A stretch of 64,000 nt of DNA, taken from positions 6,490-70,489 of IMG/VR virus record IMGVR_UViG_3300045741_000352. The stretch is one strand, 5' to 3'. How positions within the stretch are numbered: the first letter of the stretch is position 1; the number at the start of each line of letters is the position of its first letter. The notes under the pieces were generated by a model. The model had not been told where the DNA came from, did not search any database, and saw nothing but the letters and a program-made list of their open reading frames with translations. The DNA comes from a virus. This document shows, piece by piece, positions 1 to 7,982 of this stretch. The position numbers were made by a program, and so were the translations under genes.

Positions 1-26
1 TACCGACTACACAGCATGATCCCGAT

Positions 27-326
27 GTGCTAGATGAGCACATCACGTCTTTTTTCGAGACGGAGACACTCGGACTTTCAAAGAAAGACGCCCTCCAGAG
101 CTATGACAGCTTTGTAGAAGAAAACGGCACTCACTGGCTTGTACTTGACGACTTTCTTGAATATCTGCGAAATACAGCGCACGTGCAGGCACGGCGAGAT
201 CGTGTGACGCAGCGACTTACAAAAAACGGCTGGTTTTACGTGCGACTAGGCGAGAAGGACGTGCTCTCAGGTGTGGTAGAGGACCGTGTGTATTATTGTC
301 ACGAAAATTTTGGGGTTGCGGAATGA
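27..326 (+). CDS. hypothetical protein, possibly 5'-truncated by the window edge
   Basis: Track ORF of 99 aa with GTG start at 27. The frame stays open back to base 3, so the gene may begin upstream of the window. Its stop overlaps the next start (ATGA at 323-326). Confidence 0.4.
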   Translation: MLDEHITSFFETETLGLSKKDALQSYDSFVEENGTHWLVLDDFLEYLRNTAHVQARRDRVTQRLTKNGWFYVRLGEKDVLSGVVEDRVYYCHENFGVAE

Positions 327-793
327 CTGACGACTACATAAAAGTGATCGAACGACTAGATGAAATAGCCGATTGTGTACTACGGCTTGAAGCGAATATG
401 ATTGACCTTCAGGCGCAGCTAGACACACTGGTACCCCGGAGCCGCCGGAGTGCGTCTGTCGGCAATGAGGCGAGTTTTGCAACAATACAAGCAGCTCTAG
501 CACATTATCTTACGATGGCACAACCTGTCGGCTATGATAATTTTGCGACAGGTGTACCGCTGCTTGGCGCTCCCAATGGAGCGGAGTACGGCTATTACAT
601 ACGGCTGACACATGCATGCCCCTGGCTTGCACAGAGGTACCCCCGTTTAACGTTCGGTCCACAATATGTGCGTCACTACCTCATGCTTCACCAATGGCAC
701 CAAACACGGCTTGTCATGCGTGACACGCACGGTAGACCGCATCGCTTGCGTTACTGGTACCATGCAGAAACAAAAAAAAGCCTCACAGCCTAG
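323..793 (+). CDS. hypothetical protein
   Basis: Track ORF 296..793. ATG at 323 (MTDDYIKV) is coupled to the upstream stop by ATGA. The gene ends inside a hairpin terminator. Confidence 0.5.
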   Translation: MTDDYIKVIERLDEIADCVLRLEANMIDLQAQLDTLVPRSRRSASVGNEASFATIQAALAHYLTMAQPVGYDNFATGVPLLGAPNGAEYGYYIRLTHACPWLAQRYPRLTFGPQYVRHYLMLHQWHQTRLVMRDTHGRPHRLRYWYHAETKKSLTA

Positions 794-810
794 GCTGTGA
801 GGCTTTTTTT
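772..810. terminator. bidirectional rho-independent terminator
   Basis: Stem gcctcacagcc / ggctgtgaggc (11 bp, loop ta), flanked by an A8 run upstream and a T7 run downstream. It sits between convergent genes. Confidence 0.75.
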
Positions 811-1237
811 AGGTGAGTTGTCGCACCCACCACTCAGACAGAGGTATTTTCTGCGCTTGATGTTCGCTGTCGTTTTGCACTAAATACAGCACACCTTCTA
901 TCTCTTCTGTGTGCATGTTGCGCCAGAGTTGTACAGGTAAACGTTCTGAGAGTCGTACTGCAAGTGTTTCTGTGCGTATAGTGCGTATGAGACGTGTGAT
1001 ACTGTAGGTATCTTCTTTCGCAATTTGCGCGAGACCGCGTTGTACGGCTTTGTCTATTTCTTTTTTACGCTCAAGGTACACGGTTCTTGCATATCCTGGG
1101 GTTGCTATAATTTTGCTATCGTCATACGGTGTATATTGCACTGTCACATTCTCCCTGATCGTAAATACCACACCATGCGACATGCCAGTATGACACGTCG
1201 TCGGCGTTCTTGAATTTGTCGGGATACTTTGCCGCAA
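809..1237 (-). CDS. hypothetical protein (start uncertain)
   Basis: Track ORF of 142 aa. The 5' part overlaps the end of the upstream gene. A GTG at 1141, preceded by agggag at about 9 nt spacing, is a more likely start. Confidence 0.45.
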   Translation of the reverse strand: MRQSIPTNSRTPTTCHTGMSHGVVFTIRENVTVQYTPYDDSKIIATPGYARTVYLERKKEIDKAVQRGLAQIAKEDTYSITRLIRTIRTETLAVRLSERLPVQLWRNMHTEEIEGVLYLVQNDSEHQAQKIPLSEWWVRQLT

Positions 1238-1742
1238 TCAAACGACACCAACCGTCGTATAGATCACAGCAGAGTCCCAGACCGGCGCATGTGGCGATGT
1301 AGGTTTTGATGCGTGCCTCTAGCGCTGTCGCACTGACAGGCACACGTGCAAACGCTTTGGGGTCAAGGCCCAGCGTTTGTAGGTTGTGACGGTCCAAACA
1401 GCCTACAGTACCGCATATGAGCTGCATAATAAAGCCGGCCTTGACAATACCGATGTGCGGTATATCAATCAACGCTCGCATTTTACTATGGTCTGATACA
1501 TCAGGATTATGGAAAAGATCCAGGTACCTATCGGCGCTTTGTGTGACGTAAGCGATACCGTTTTTCTGAGTGCGTGTGAGGTACTTCGCGCTGTCCAGGC
1601 CAACACTATGCAAGTCTGCCAGCACAGCACCGACACGGTGGAAGTGTTGGTTTTGTGTGGCGATAACAAAAGTTACCACGTCGATAAACCCCCCGGCTGT
1701 TGTGGCATGCTGGGCTATGAGTGGTTGGTGTTCAGCGTACAT
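1122..1742 (-). CDS. hypothetical protein with a weak helix-hairpin-helix-like motif
   Basis: Track ORF of 206 aa. The segment IPHIGIVKAGFIMQLI resembles an hxGhGxxxA HhH motif. No family was recognised with confidence. Confidence 0.5.
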   Translation of the reverse strand: MYAEHQPLIAQHATTAGGFIDVVTFVIATQNQHFHRVGAVLADLHSVGLDSAKYLTRTQKNGIAYVTQSADRYLDLFHNPDVSDHSKMRALIDIPHIGIVKAGFIMQLICGTVGCLDRHNLQTLGLDPKAFARVPVSATALEARIKTYIATCAGLGLCCDLYDGWCRLIAAKYPDKFKNADDVSYWHVAWCGIYDQGECDSAIYTV

Positions 1743-2241
1743 GGTGTGCTCCTATTAGTTGTCGTTCGGCAAATGAAAAGTAATCATATGTCGGGGCGTG
1801 TACAGGGAAACCGACGATAACATGGTCAAGTACGGGAATTTCGAGATAGTTCCCAGCTTCCACGAGTTTAATCGTTAGCTTTTTATCGGCTTCTGATGGT
1901 TGGACATTACCGCTAGGGTGATTGTGCACGCAGACAATACTGGTCGCGTTTGCCAGTATGGCTGTCTTGAAAATTTCACGTACTGACACCAGAGAGGCGT
2001 TGATTGTGCCGATACTAACAGTCTGTATGGCAATGACACGATTGCCGTTGTCCAGGCAACACACAAGGAAGTGTTCACGATCAGCATTTTCCAATAATTG
2101 TGCTGCGATGTGTGCCACAAGCGATGTGGTTGACGCTGGCTCGCCGATGGGGAATTGATAGCGTACCGTCTCTTCCCTGACCAATTGCAGCTTGTAGAGT
2201 TGTACATCATACTGGTGCACTTTGTTGGCCTTAATTAACAT
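1732..2241 (-). CDS. radC: RadC-like JAB/MPN domain protein
   Basis: 169 aa containing VCVHNHPSGNVQPSEADKKLT. This is the JAMM-type HxHPSG...S..D signature typical of RadC-family proteins. Confidence 0.85.
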   Translation of the reverse strand: MLIKANKVHQYDVQLYKLQLVREETVRYQFPIGEPASTTSLVAHIAAQLLENADREHFLVCCLDNGNRVIAIQTVSIGTINASLVSVREIFKTAILANATSIVCVHNHPSGNVQPSEADKKLTIKLVEAGNYLEIPVLDHVIVGFPVHAPTYDYFSFAERQLIGAHHVR

Positions 2242-2262
2242 GATGTGGCGCTCCTATGATGC

Positions 2263-2297
2263 AAAAAAAGCCCACACAGCATGTATGCTGTGTGGGC
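2263..2297 (-). terminator. rho-independent terminator
   Basis: On the minus strand the stem gcccacacagcat / atgctgtgtgggc is followed by T7. It lies directly downstream of the gene ending at 2307. Confidence 0.7.
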
Positions 2298-2306
2298 GTG
2301 TGTTGT

Positions 2307-2762
2307 CTACACAATCCGTACTGGCGTTGATCCCTCTATGCGGTACATAACCGTTTCCGTTGCTTCACGAGCGACCTTGCGCGCAGCATAGGCTTCGGCA
2401 CTCGCGCAGATAGCCTGCAGCGCCTTGTGAGCCACCGTGCCAGCAGTAAACGCCTCACCATACAGCGCCGCAAATTGCCGTATGTCGTCGATGCTGTTGT
2501 ATACGTGGATGCCTGCAACCTGTACGTGCCCATCGTCGTCCAAATACATGACGCACACGGGGCAATAGATACCAGGCTGCGGCTTGTTCCACACCAGGCC
2601 AGACTTGCGCGGGTTGCTGGTTTGTGCCATGACGCGAAAGCCAAACTTCGGCTTGTATTCAATCCACACGCGCTTGATACAACGCAGCTTAAAACCGTAG
2701 GGATAGTCGTCAATGTAATAGGCTGTATCGGGGCTATTGTGGGTCAATGGTAATACTGTCAT
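2307..2762 (-). CDS. hypothetical protein
   Basis: Track ORF 2307..2888. The internal ATG at 2762 (MTVLPLTH) has an aaggatgggga Shine-Dalgarno-like sequence upstream. The longer N-terminus is Cys/Arg-rich and looks non-coding. Confidence 0.5.
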   Translation of the reverse strand: MTVLPLTHNSPDTAYYIDDYPYGFKLRCIKRVWIEYKPKFGFRVMAQTSNPRKSGLVWNKPQPGIYCPVCVMYLDDDGHVQVAGIHVYNSIDDIRQFAALYGEAFTAGTVAHKALQAICASAEAYAARKVAREATETVMYRIEGSTPVRIV

Positions 2763-2981
2763 AGTTCTACTTTCCCCATCCTTTGTTGTTGTGATAACGT
2801 CGATTGTTCGACCAGTGTTGCTGTTCCCGACACGTCGCACAGTACGCACCGTACACACGCACGGTACGTATACAGCGCAGTGTTGCACACTTAAATACTT
2901 TTTTGGTATAGTACAATAATTACTCCTTCACTAGAATTTAGTATTAAGTTTCTAAACGTTCTGCATTCATAACACAATCCC

Positions 2982-3233
2982 CTATATGTAGGTGTAGACA
3001 CGCCCGTCTGCGATAGCATCAAGCGCGTGTGACCATACTTCCGGCGCGTCTGCTGCGATAACGATCATACTGTTGTCAAAATTTGTACCGACACTGATGA
3101 TGCAATCCGTACCGTTTTGATAGAGGTCAACGGAACGTTGCCGCCATTCACTCACAGCTTTACCGATGTAGGGTAGTTGCCGTATGGCGTCTAGCGTGAG
3201 TGGTGTGTTATTGTGAATTACCGGCTGTGTCAT
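2982..3233 (-). CDS. hypothetical protein
   Basis: Track ORF of 83 aa with agaggga upstream of the ATG. Confidence 0.5.
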   Translation of the reverse strand: MTQPVIHNNTPLTLDAIRQLPYIGKAVSEWRQRSVDLYQNGTDCIISVGTNFDNSMIVIAADAPEVWSHALDAIADGRVYTYI

Positions 3234-3436
3234 TGCATAGTCCCTCTTGTTCGATTTTGATCCGCATACTCTTTATGCGTACAGGATATTATGGTTGGTT
3301 TTCTTTGTACTCCTTGAGTCACTTGATTGCGTCTACGTAGCGCGTTTCTGCTGTAACGTCCTCCTACCCTTGCGTTGTTTTTTGCTGCACAACAAAAATA
3401 TCTCGCGTTTTGCGTATGTACATAAGTAGCTCCCAC

Positions 3437-3476
3437 AAAAAACCCCCTCGCCCTACGTAGGGCGAGGGGGTTTTTC
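3437..3476. terminator. bidirectional rho-independent terminator
   Basis: Stem ccccctcgccc / gggcgaggggg with loop tacgta, A-run before and T-run after. It is immediately downstream of the minus-strand gene ending at 3478. Confidence 0.8.
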
Positions 3477-3477
3477 T

Positions 3478-4563
3478 CTAGTCGATGTCGTCCACACTGT
3501 CCAGACCGTCAAGGAAAGCGTCTACACTGTCGGGAATACCGGCGGACGGGTAGACGTGTTCTTCTGTACCATCGGTCAGCACAAGAATCTGTTCGAGTGC
3601 CTTGGCTTTCAGCGCAGCACCAGAGCCAAGAATAGCGGATTCCGCACGGGAGGTGGCTCTGTCGTCGCCACGTGTAGCGCGAGAATGATCGACGTAGTTT
3701 GTCACCGCGTTATACAGCGCATACGCCGTGTGCTCCCAGGGAAAAGCGTTGCCGTCATTGTGCGACCAGAGCGCGGTGATGTCGCGTTTGATATTCTCAC
3801 TCTTGGTTGATTCCCCAGGGAACAAGCTGTCCAGAATTGCCGTGTACCTCTCGCGTTTGATGATTTTACGCTGTGCAAGCGTCTCCAGCTTGGTTTGTAA
3901 ATCTTGCTGCGTGGCGAGCACACCTTGCACGAGGTTGTGTGCCGCGTGCATTTTATGGTGCACGTTTTTGGTATGTTTGAACCGTAGCGTTGTGCCTGTC
4001 ACGTTACCAAGGGAAAATTGTAACGTGTTCATGCATACGATCCGCGTGCCAGTAAGGTACGCTTGTGCTGCCAGGCTACCATCAAAAGAGTTGATAAACG
4101 CGAGGTAGGTACGTGTTACGTCGCCACTGCCTAGCACGTCGATTTGCCCTACCCTGGCGCTAATAAACAGCACAGAGCCACCACGCAGAGCGCCAGCGCT
4201 GTCGTAGTGGAAACCGCTGCCTTCTATCATTGTATCGACGAAGTCAAACATATGGACAGGTTGAATGATGGCATAGCTTGCCCCTACCGTGCCGATATGC
4301 GCGCCAGTGTCGGAACGGAAAATGCCAACCTTGTCAGATTTGAAAAATTTACTACCCCATTGTTCCGCAAGTGCTGCTTGTGGGGAATCACACGGCGCGT
4401 GTGCATATAGCGCAAGGTCAAGTGCAGTCCATGGAATGACCTGTTGTATCGCGTCGCTCGCTGAGAATGCACCTTGCACAATCTGGCCCAGTCTGTGCCA
4501 TGCACCTGTGTCGGCCAACAACAACTCAGCTTGGTTATTTTTGAAAGACAATTCATGTGCCAT
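3478..4563 (-). CDS. DUF932-like phage/plasmid protein
   Basis: 361 aa. The N-terminus MAHELSFKNNQAELLLADTGAWHRLGQIV matches my recollection of the DUF932 / TIGR03299 family pattern (..PWHglG..v). Recognised from memory only. Confidence 0.65.
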   Translation of the reverse strand: MAHELSFKNNQAELLLADTGAWHRLGQIVQGAFSASDAIQQVIPWTALDLALYAHAPCDSPQAALAEQWGSKFFKSDKVGIFRSDTGAHIGTVGASYAIIQPVHMFDFVDTMIEGSGFHYDSAGALRGGSVLFISARVGQIDVLGSGDVTRTYLAFINSFDGSLAAQAYLTGTRIVCMNTLQFSLGNVTGTTLRFKHTKNVHHKMHAAHNLVQGVLATQQDLQTKLETLAQRKIIKRERYTAILDSLFPGESTKSENIKRDITALWSHNDGNAFPWEHTAYALYNAVTNYVDHSRATRGDDRATSRAESAILGSGAALKAKALEQILVLTDGTEEHVYPSAGIPDSVDAFLDGLDSVDDID

Positions 4564-4624
4564 GATGTACTGCTCCTATACGTTACTTTGTCGCGCTATG
4601 CCGCATACAGCACACGCTGTATAC

Positions 4625-4676
4625 CCTGTTTTTTCAGGTAGTGCAGGCTTTTAGCCTGCACTCCGCACACTTACGC
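4625..4676 (-). repeat. 52-bp intergenic leader element, copy 1
   Basis: Identical to 4902..4953. It contains the hairpin gtgcaggc-tttt-gcctgcac next to an A/T run. Confidence 0.85.
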
Positions 4677-4847
4677 ATGAGTACATGGACATGCCGGGCC
4701 TGTAATGCGCTCATAATGCAGACCGTTCACACAAAGCTGCACGGGGTATGCCGTTGCACGGCAATGAGCCGCAAGCGCTACCGCTTGCTGTTGTGGTAGT
4801 ACCGCCAACCATTCCTGCCGGGTGTCGTTAGTAATGACCGCGTGCAT
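4671..4847 (-). CDS. small hypothetical protein (58 aa, below the track cutoff)
   Basis: Hand translation gives ATG at 4847 and TAA at 4671-4673: MHAVITNDTRQEWLAVLPQQQAVALAAHCRATAYPVQLCVNGLHYERITGPACPCTHA. It is preceded by ataggagca, the same RBS context as neighbouring genes. Confidence 0.4.
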   Translation of the reverse strand: MHAVITNDTRQEWLAVLPQQQAVALAAHCRATAYPVQLCVNGLHYERITGPACPCTHA

Positions 4848-4901
4848 GTTTTGCTCCTATATGTTGTCGCGCTATGCCCTGACCAGTACCATACTGGTCA
4901 G

Positions 4902-4953
4902 CCTGTTTTTTCAGGTAGTGCAGGCTTTTAGCCTGCACTCCGCACACTTACGC
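4902..4953 (-). repeat. 52-bp intergenic leader element, copy 2
   Basis: Identical to 4625..4676. It begins right after the stop of the 98-aa gene. Confidence 0.85.
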
Positions 4954-5249
4954 TATTTGAGTATGGTGATATTAGATCGTCTGCCTTTTGCGTTGTACAC
5001 CTGTAGGGTACGGTATACGTGGTTGACACTTTCCCTGTACACGAGGTCAGCGCTGCGCCCATCGGGATGTACAGCACACGTGGTATCACCACGACGCACA
5101 CAGGTAAACCCCAGGCTTTCGAGCCAGGCGGTAAACTCAGCATGCCGATTGTCTTCGTTACGTCTGCGCTGTGCTGCGCTGCCAGCAGGCGACCAGAAAT
5201 AGACGTTAGCGGTCAAAAACGTCGGACGTGCTACTGTTGCTGTTGCCAT
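4953..5249 (-). CDS. hypothetical protein
   Basis: Track ORF of 98 aa with the ataggagcaaaacata RBS context before the ATG. Confidence 0.5.
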   Translation of the reverse strand: MATATVARPTFLTANVYFWSPAGSAAQRRRNEDNRHAEFTAWLESLGFTCVRRGDTTCAVHPDGRSADLVYRESVNHVYRTLQVYNAKGRRSNITILK

Positions 5250-5268
5250 TATGTTTTGCTCCTATCGG

Positions 5269-5805
5269 TTACGCTACATACTCACTACTGCGTTGCACCA
5301 CATCATTTTTCGTGTGCCATGCGTCGATGTAGTCATCGACGTGATACCTGGCGCTGTTTGCCTGATCTGTCCAGTGCCACACACCGCTTGGCGATTGATA
5401 GGCGTATGTCGTCACACCCACCGCTTGCATCAGGTACACAATGTACTGTCCAAGCGACACAGGATAGGAAAAATTGTCGCATATCTTTTCAAACTTCTTT
5501 TGTATTACTTTCAGATACGGACCAAATTTGTCTATATCTTCCAGCGTAATCATATCAGAACGGTTCGATGTGAAACCGTAGCGCCAGCCATAGCTAACAC
5601 TTTTTGTACTACAGCTTGCATCGTATTGGGACGACAGGGTAAAATGACCGTAAATAGGGTCATCGTATGGCGCAGGATCAGGCTTGCTGTACACGTGATT
5701 AAACGGGCGCAGTATTGCCGTAGTATGGCCGTATTTTTCGCCATAATTCTCGTTACGGTGGTGAATGATACAGCACAGATCGTGCGACGGTTTAATGATA
5801 GCCAT
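5269..5805 (-). CDS. hypothetical protein
   Basis: Track ORF of 178 aa with ctaggagcg upstream of the ATG. It is the first gene of the leftward block, next to the divergent region 5806-5940. Confidence 0.55.
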   Translation of the reverse strand: MAIIKPSHDLCCIIHHRNENYGEKYGHTTAILRPFNHVYSKPDPAPYDDPIYGHFTLSSQYDASCSTKSVSYGWRYGFTSNRSDMITLEDIDKFGPYLKVIQKKFEKICDNFSYPVSLGQYIVYLMQAVGVTTYAYQSPSGVWHWTDQANSARYHVDDYIDAWHTKNDVVQRSSEYVA

Positions 5806-5940
5806 GGGGTACGCTCCTAGTGTTTCGCGGTAACTCTTCGGTGTGCATATAGTGTGACCAATTGCAGGTATAGCTGCAACAAAAAAATAAGGCGTTAATT
5901 TACAAGGAGTTATAAGGAATGAGGAGAAAGGTTATGCGTT

Positions 5941-6549
5941 ATGAGTGAAATTGTGGCGAATTCTGCGGTCATTGAACCACCCAGTGTCTTAAAAGAACTA
6001 AGCGCAAACTCCGTGAAATTCTGTGAGTATTACGCCTTAAATAACAATGCTTTACAGTCATGCATACTTGCTGGCTTTGCATCAAGTTCGGCACGAACAT
6101 ACGCCTATGACACATTGCTTAAAAATCCTAAAGTTTTGGAAGCGGTTGAATATTTCAGAGCTGTAAATGCCTCAAATTCAACGTATACACCTGCTAAAAT
6201 TGTCGCGCAATGGTCAGAAATGGCCTCATTTAACATTTTAGATTGCTGCGATGAAAATTATATACTCAAGCCGCTGAGTCAATTGGATGAAGAACAAAAA
6301 CGCAGGCTTGGCATTGCGTTGACCGGATTGAAAATCACGGTAAAAAATGGCAGGCAATATGTTGAGCCGAAAATGGCGCGAGAAACCGCGTTGCAAGAGC
6401 TGGGTAAAATCCATCGCCTCTATGCCGACGATAAGCAGCAAGGGCAAGGTTTGAATCTCACGATCAATGTAGGGCAGCAAGTTGTTGTAGAACAAGAACT
6501 TAGCGAAAATATCGGACACCTTGTCATGAAAGATGAAGAGCTGGCATAG
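5941..6549 (+). CDS. terS: terminase small subunit (Terminase_2-like)
   Basis: 202 aa. The N-terminal KFCEYYALNNNALQSCILAGFASSSARTYAYDTLLKNPKVLEAVE matches the F..eY....N...A...AGys...A...a..ll.n..v pattern of phage small terminases. It lies upstream of terL. Confidence 0.75.
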   Translation: MSEIVANSAVIEPPSVLKELSANSVKFCEYYALNNNALQSCILAGFASSSARTYAYDTLLKNPKVLEAVEYFRAVNASNSTYTPAKIVAQWSEMASFNILDCCDENYILKPLSQLDEEQKRRLGIALTGLKITVKNGRQYVEPKMARETALQELGKIHRLYADDKQQGQGLNLTINVGQQVVVEQELSENIGHLVMKDEELA

Positions 6550-6752
6550 TATTTGCATTCCTATATATATATAAGCATGTGGCGCATGGGCCTGCACTCT
6601 GGCTTTTCACTGGTGTGGTACCTCGCTGATCGTTGGCTTTTGCGTCACACGTGACATCCCACCAAACGCGCTACAATGCCTCTATTTTGCGTTTGCCTTT
6701 CCAGACGTGTCTCTACCCTACCTGGCCAGCCAGAATGCAATAGCGTCGAAAT

Positions 6753-6767
6753 TATCACAGTGATAAT
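6753..6767. promoter_or_regulatory. 15-bp perfect palindrome (operator-like)
   Basis: ttatcac-a-gtgataa, with 7-bp arms around a single central base, in non-coding DNA. Confidence 0.3.
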
Positions 6768-6790
6768 AATGTAACCTTTTCTCGCCTCCA

Positions 6791-6810
6791 TACTGTACAC
6801 TTGAGCAGTA
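6791..6810. promoter_or_regulatory. LexA (SOS) box-like site
   Basis: tactgtacacttgagcagta fits TACTG-N10-CAGTA, the outer arms of the gammaproteobacterial LexA consensus TACTGTATATATATACAGTA. One position departs from the CTGT-N8-ACAG core (GCAG). Confidence 0.3.
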
Positions 6811-6848
6811 TACGGGGAAAAGTGTTAGCATCTACATTGTACTATGGG

Positions 6849-6923
6849 TGGACCTAGAGTGGACCTAGAGTGGACCTAGAGTGGACCTAGAGTGGACCTA
6901 GAGTGGACCTAGAGTGGACCTAG
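6849..6923. repeat. 11-bp tandem repeat, about 6.8 copies
   Basis: tggacctagag is repeated head to tail six times, followed by a partial copy. Confidence 0.95.
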
Positions 6924-6974
6924 TGCCCATGCGTGCAGTATGTAGTCCAATGCGATACCTTATATGAGGTACGA

Positions 6975-7135
6975 TCCTACTTGATACAGTCTGTAGCTGT
7001 GTACTAATACTAATTGGACGCTACTAGATTGGATTAGTCCATGAGTACAGTCGCTATCGTATCGGTCGCGTCCTACTTGATACAGTCTATGGCTGTGTAC
7101 TAATACTAATTGGACACTACTAGGTTGGCTTAGTC
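6975..7135. repeat. pair of 65-bp direct repeats (6975-7039 and 7071-7135)
   Basis: tcctacttgatacagtct(g/a)t(a/g)gctgtgtactaatactaattggac(g/a)ctactag(a/g)ttgg(a/c)ttagtc occurs twice, 96 bp apart start to start. Confidence 0.9.
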
Positions 7136-7367
7136 TGTATCTATGATCGCTATTTTTTTGGCCGCGTTCTGTTCAGCATGGGCCATGGGTATATCCTAGT
7201 ATGAGTTGATTGGTACAGGTTGGGGTATGGGGGCTTTGGAAAAGGGACCGGCTGCAAGAGTGGTGTATGCATCGACCTCCCGCGCACCCCGTGTGTTCCT
7301 CTGTATTTCTTCGCACCCTGGATATTCCACAGTATTTGCACGCCCCCAGCATTTCTCACCAGGTGAA

Positions 7368-7425
7368 GCACAGGAGGGGTACCGTACCGAGAGCACAGGA
7401 GGGGTACCGTACCGAGAGCACAGGA
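7368..7425. repeat. 25-bp tandem repeat, about 2.3 copies
   Basis: gcacaggaggggtaccgtaccgaga occurs twice, followed by a partial copy. Confidence 0.9.
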
Positions 7426-7583
7426 TGAACTACCCAGATTTTTGGGTGTGCGTAGAAAGTTTCTCTATACCATAGTAGTATATATTTTCATGTCGAAATG
7501 TGAATATATGTTGTGGACAGTTGACCAACTTAAATGGTGGGCAGCCGTCCACAAACACACAAAAAAGATAAAAATCACAGAAT

Positions 7584-7638
7584 ATTCGGGTGAAACACCC
7601 CACGTTTATACACTAAGAAAATTCGGGGGTGTTTTTTG
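7584..7638 (+). terminator. terminator-like hairpin with an alternative upstream pairing
   Basis: acacccc (about 7595-7601) can pair with ggggtgt (7626-7632), which is followed by a T-run. It can instead pair with the upstream gggtg (7588-7592). The attcggg motif is duplicated. Confidence 0.3.
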
Positions 7639-7900
7639 TAGTGGTATTATGATGGGTAAAACATCCTAAATTTTTGTAAATTTTATGCTAAAAACACGGT
7701 TTTTTTTAGAAGTTTGCACGTCAAGTGTTTTCACTGTCCCGCCCTTATATAAGAAAAATCAATATCTTACAGACATTTGGGACAGTGCCCAACTTCTCTG
7801 TTTTGATTTTGGAGCTGCCAACGCTTTTTTCTGTGTCACCTATTTTTGCTCTCATATAGCGCGATGCGCGTACACACGCGCAGTATACCATGTTCAGACT

Positions 7901-7982
7901 TCCCCATCTGCCGTCCTGTGCTATTCCCATTCCCCATCTGCCGTCCTGTGCTATTCCCATTCCCCATCTGCCGTCCTGTGCT
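7901..7982. repeat. 30-bp tandem repeat, about 2.7 copies
   Basis: tccccatctgccgtcctgtgctattcccat occurs twice, then a truncated third copy that runs directly into the -35 hexamer. Confidence 0.95.

Noticed and set aside
3230-3436. Minus-strand 68-aa ORF between the terminator and the 83-aa gene.
   Set aside because: It starts directly at the foot of the terminator hairpin with no RBS and is Arg-rich and low-complexity. The interval is more likely a promoter or leader region.
5019-5820. Plus-strand ORFs 5019..5549 and 5251..5820.
   Set aside because: They are antisense to minus-strand ORFs that carry the shared ataggagca RBS context. Their products are Cys/Arg/His-rich and implausible.
6564-6575. 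(TA)6 microsatellite just after terS.
   Set aside because: It is too short and simple to interpret alone. It is noted only as part of the non-coding island.
7150-7669. Small ORFs inside the terS-terL island (7150..7371, 7196..7396, 7206..7475, 7210..7428, 7442..7669).
   Set aside because: They overlap one another on both strands, have no Shine-Dalgarno sequences, and several are created by the tandem repeats. Translation of 7442..7669 cannot be excluded, but nothing supports it.
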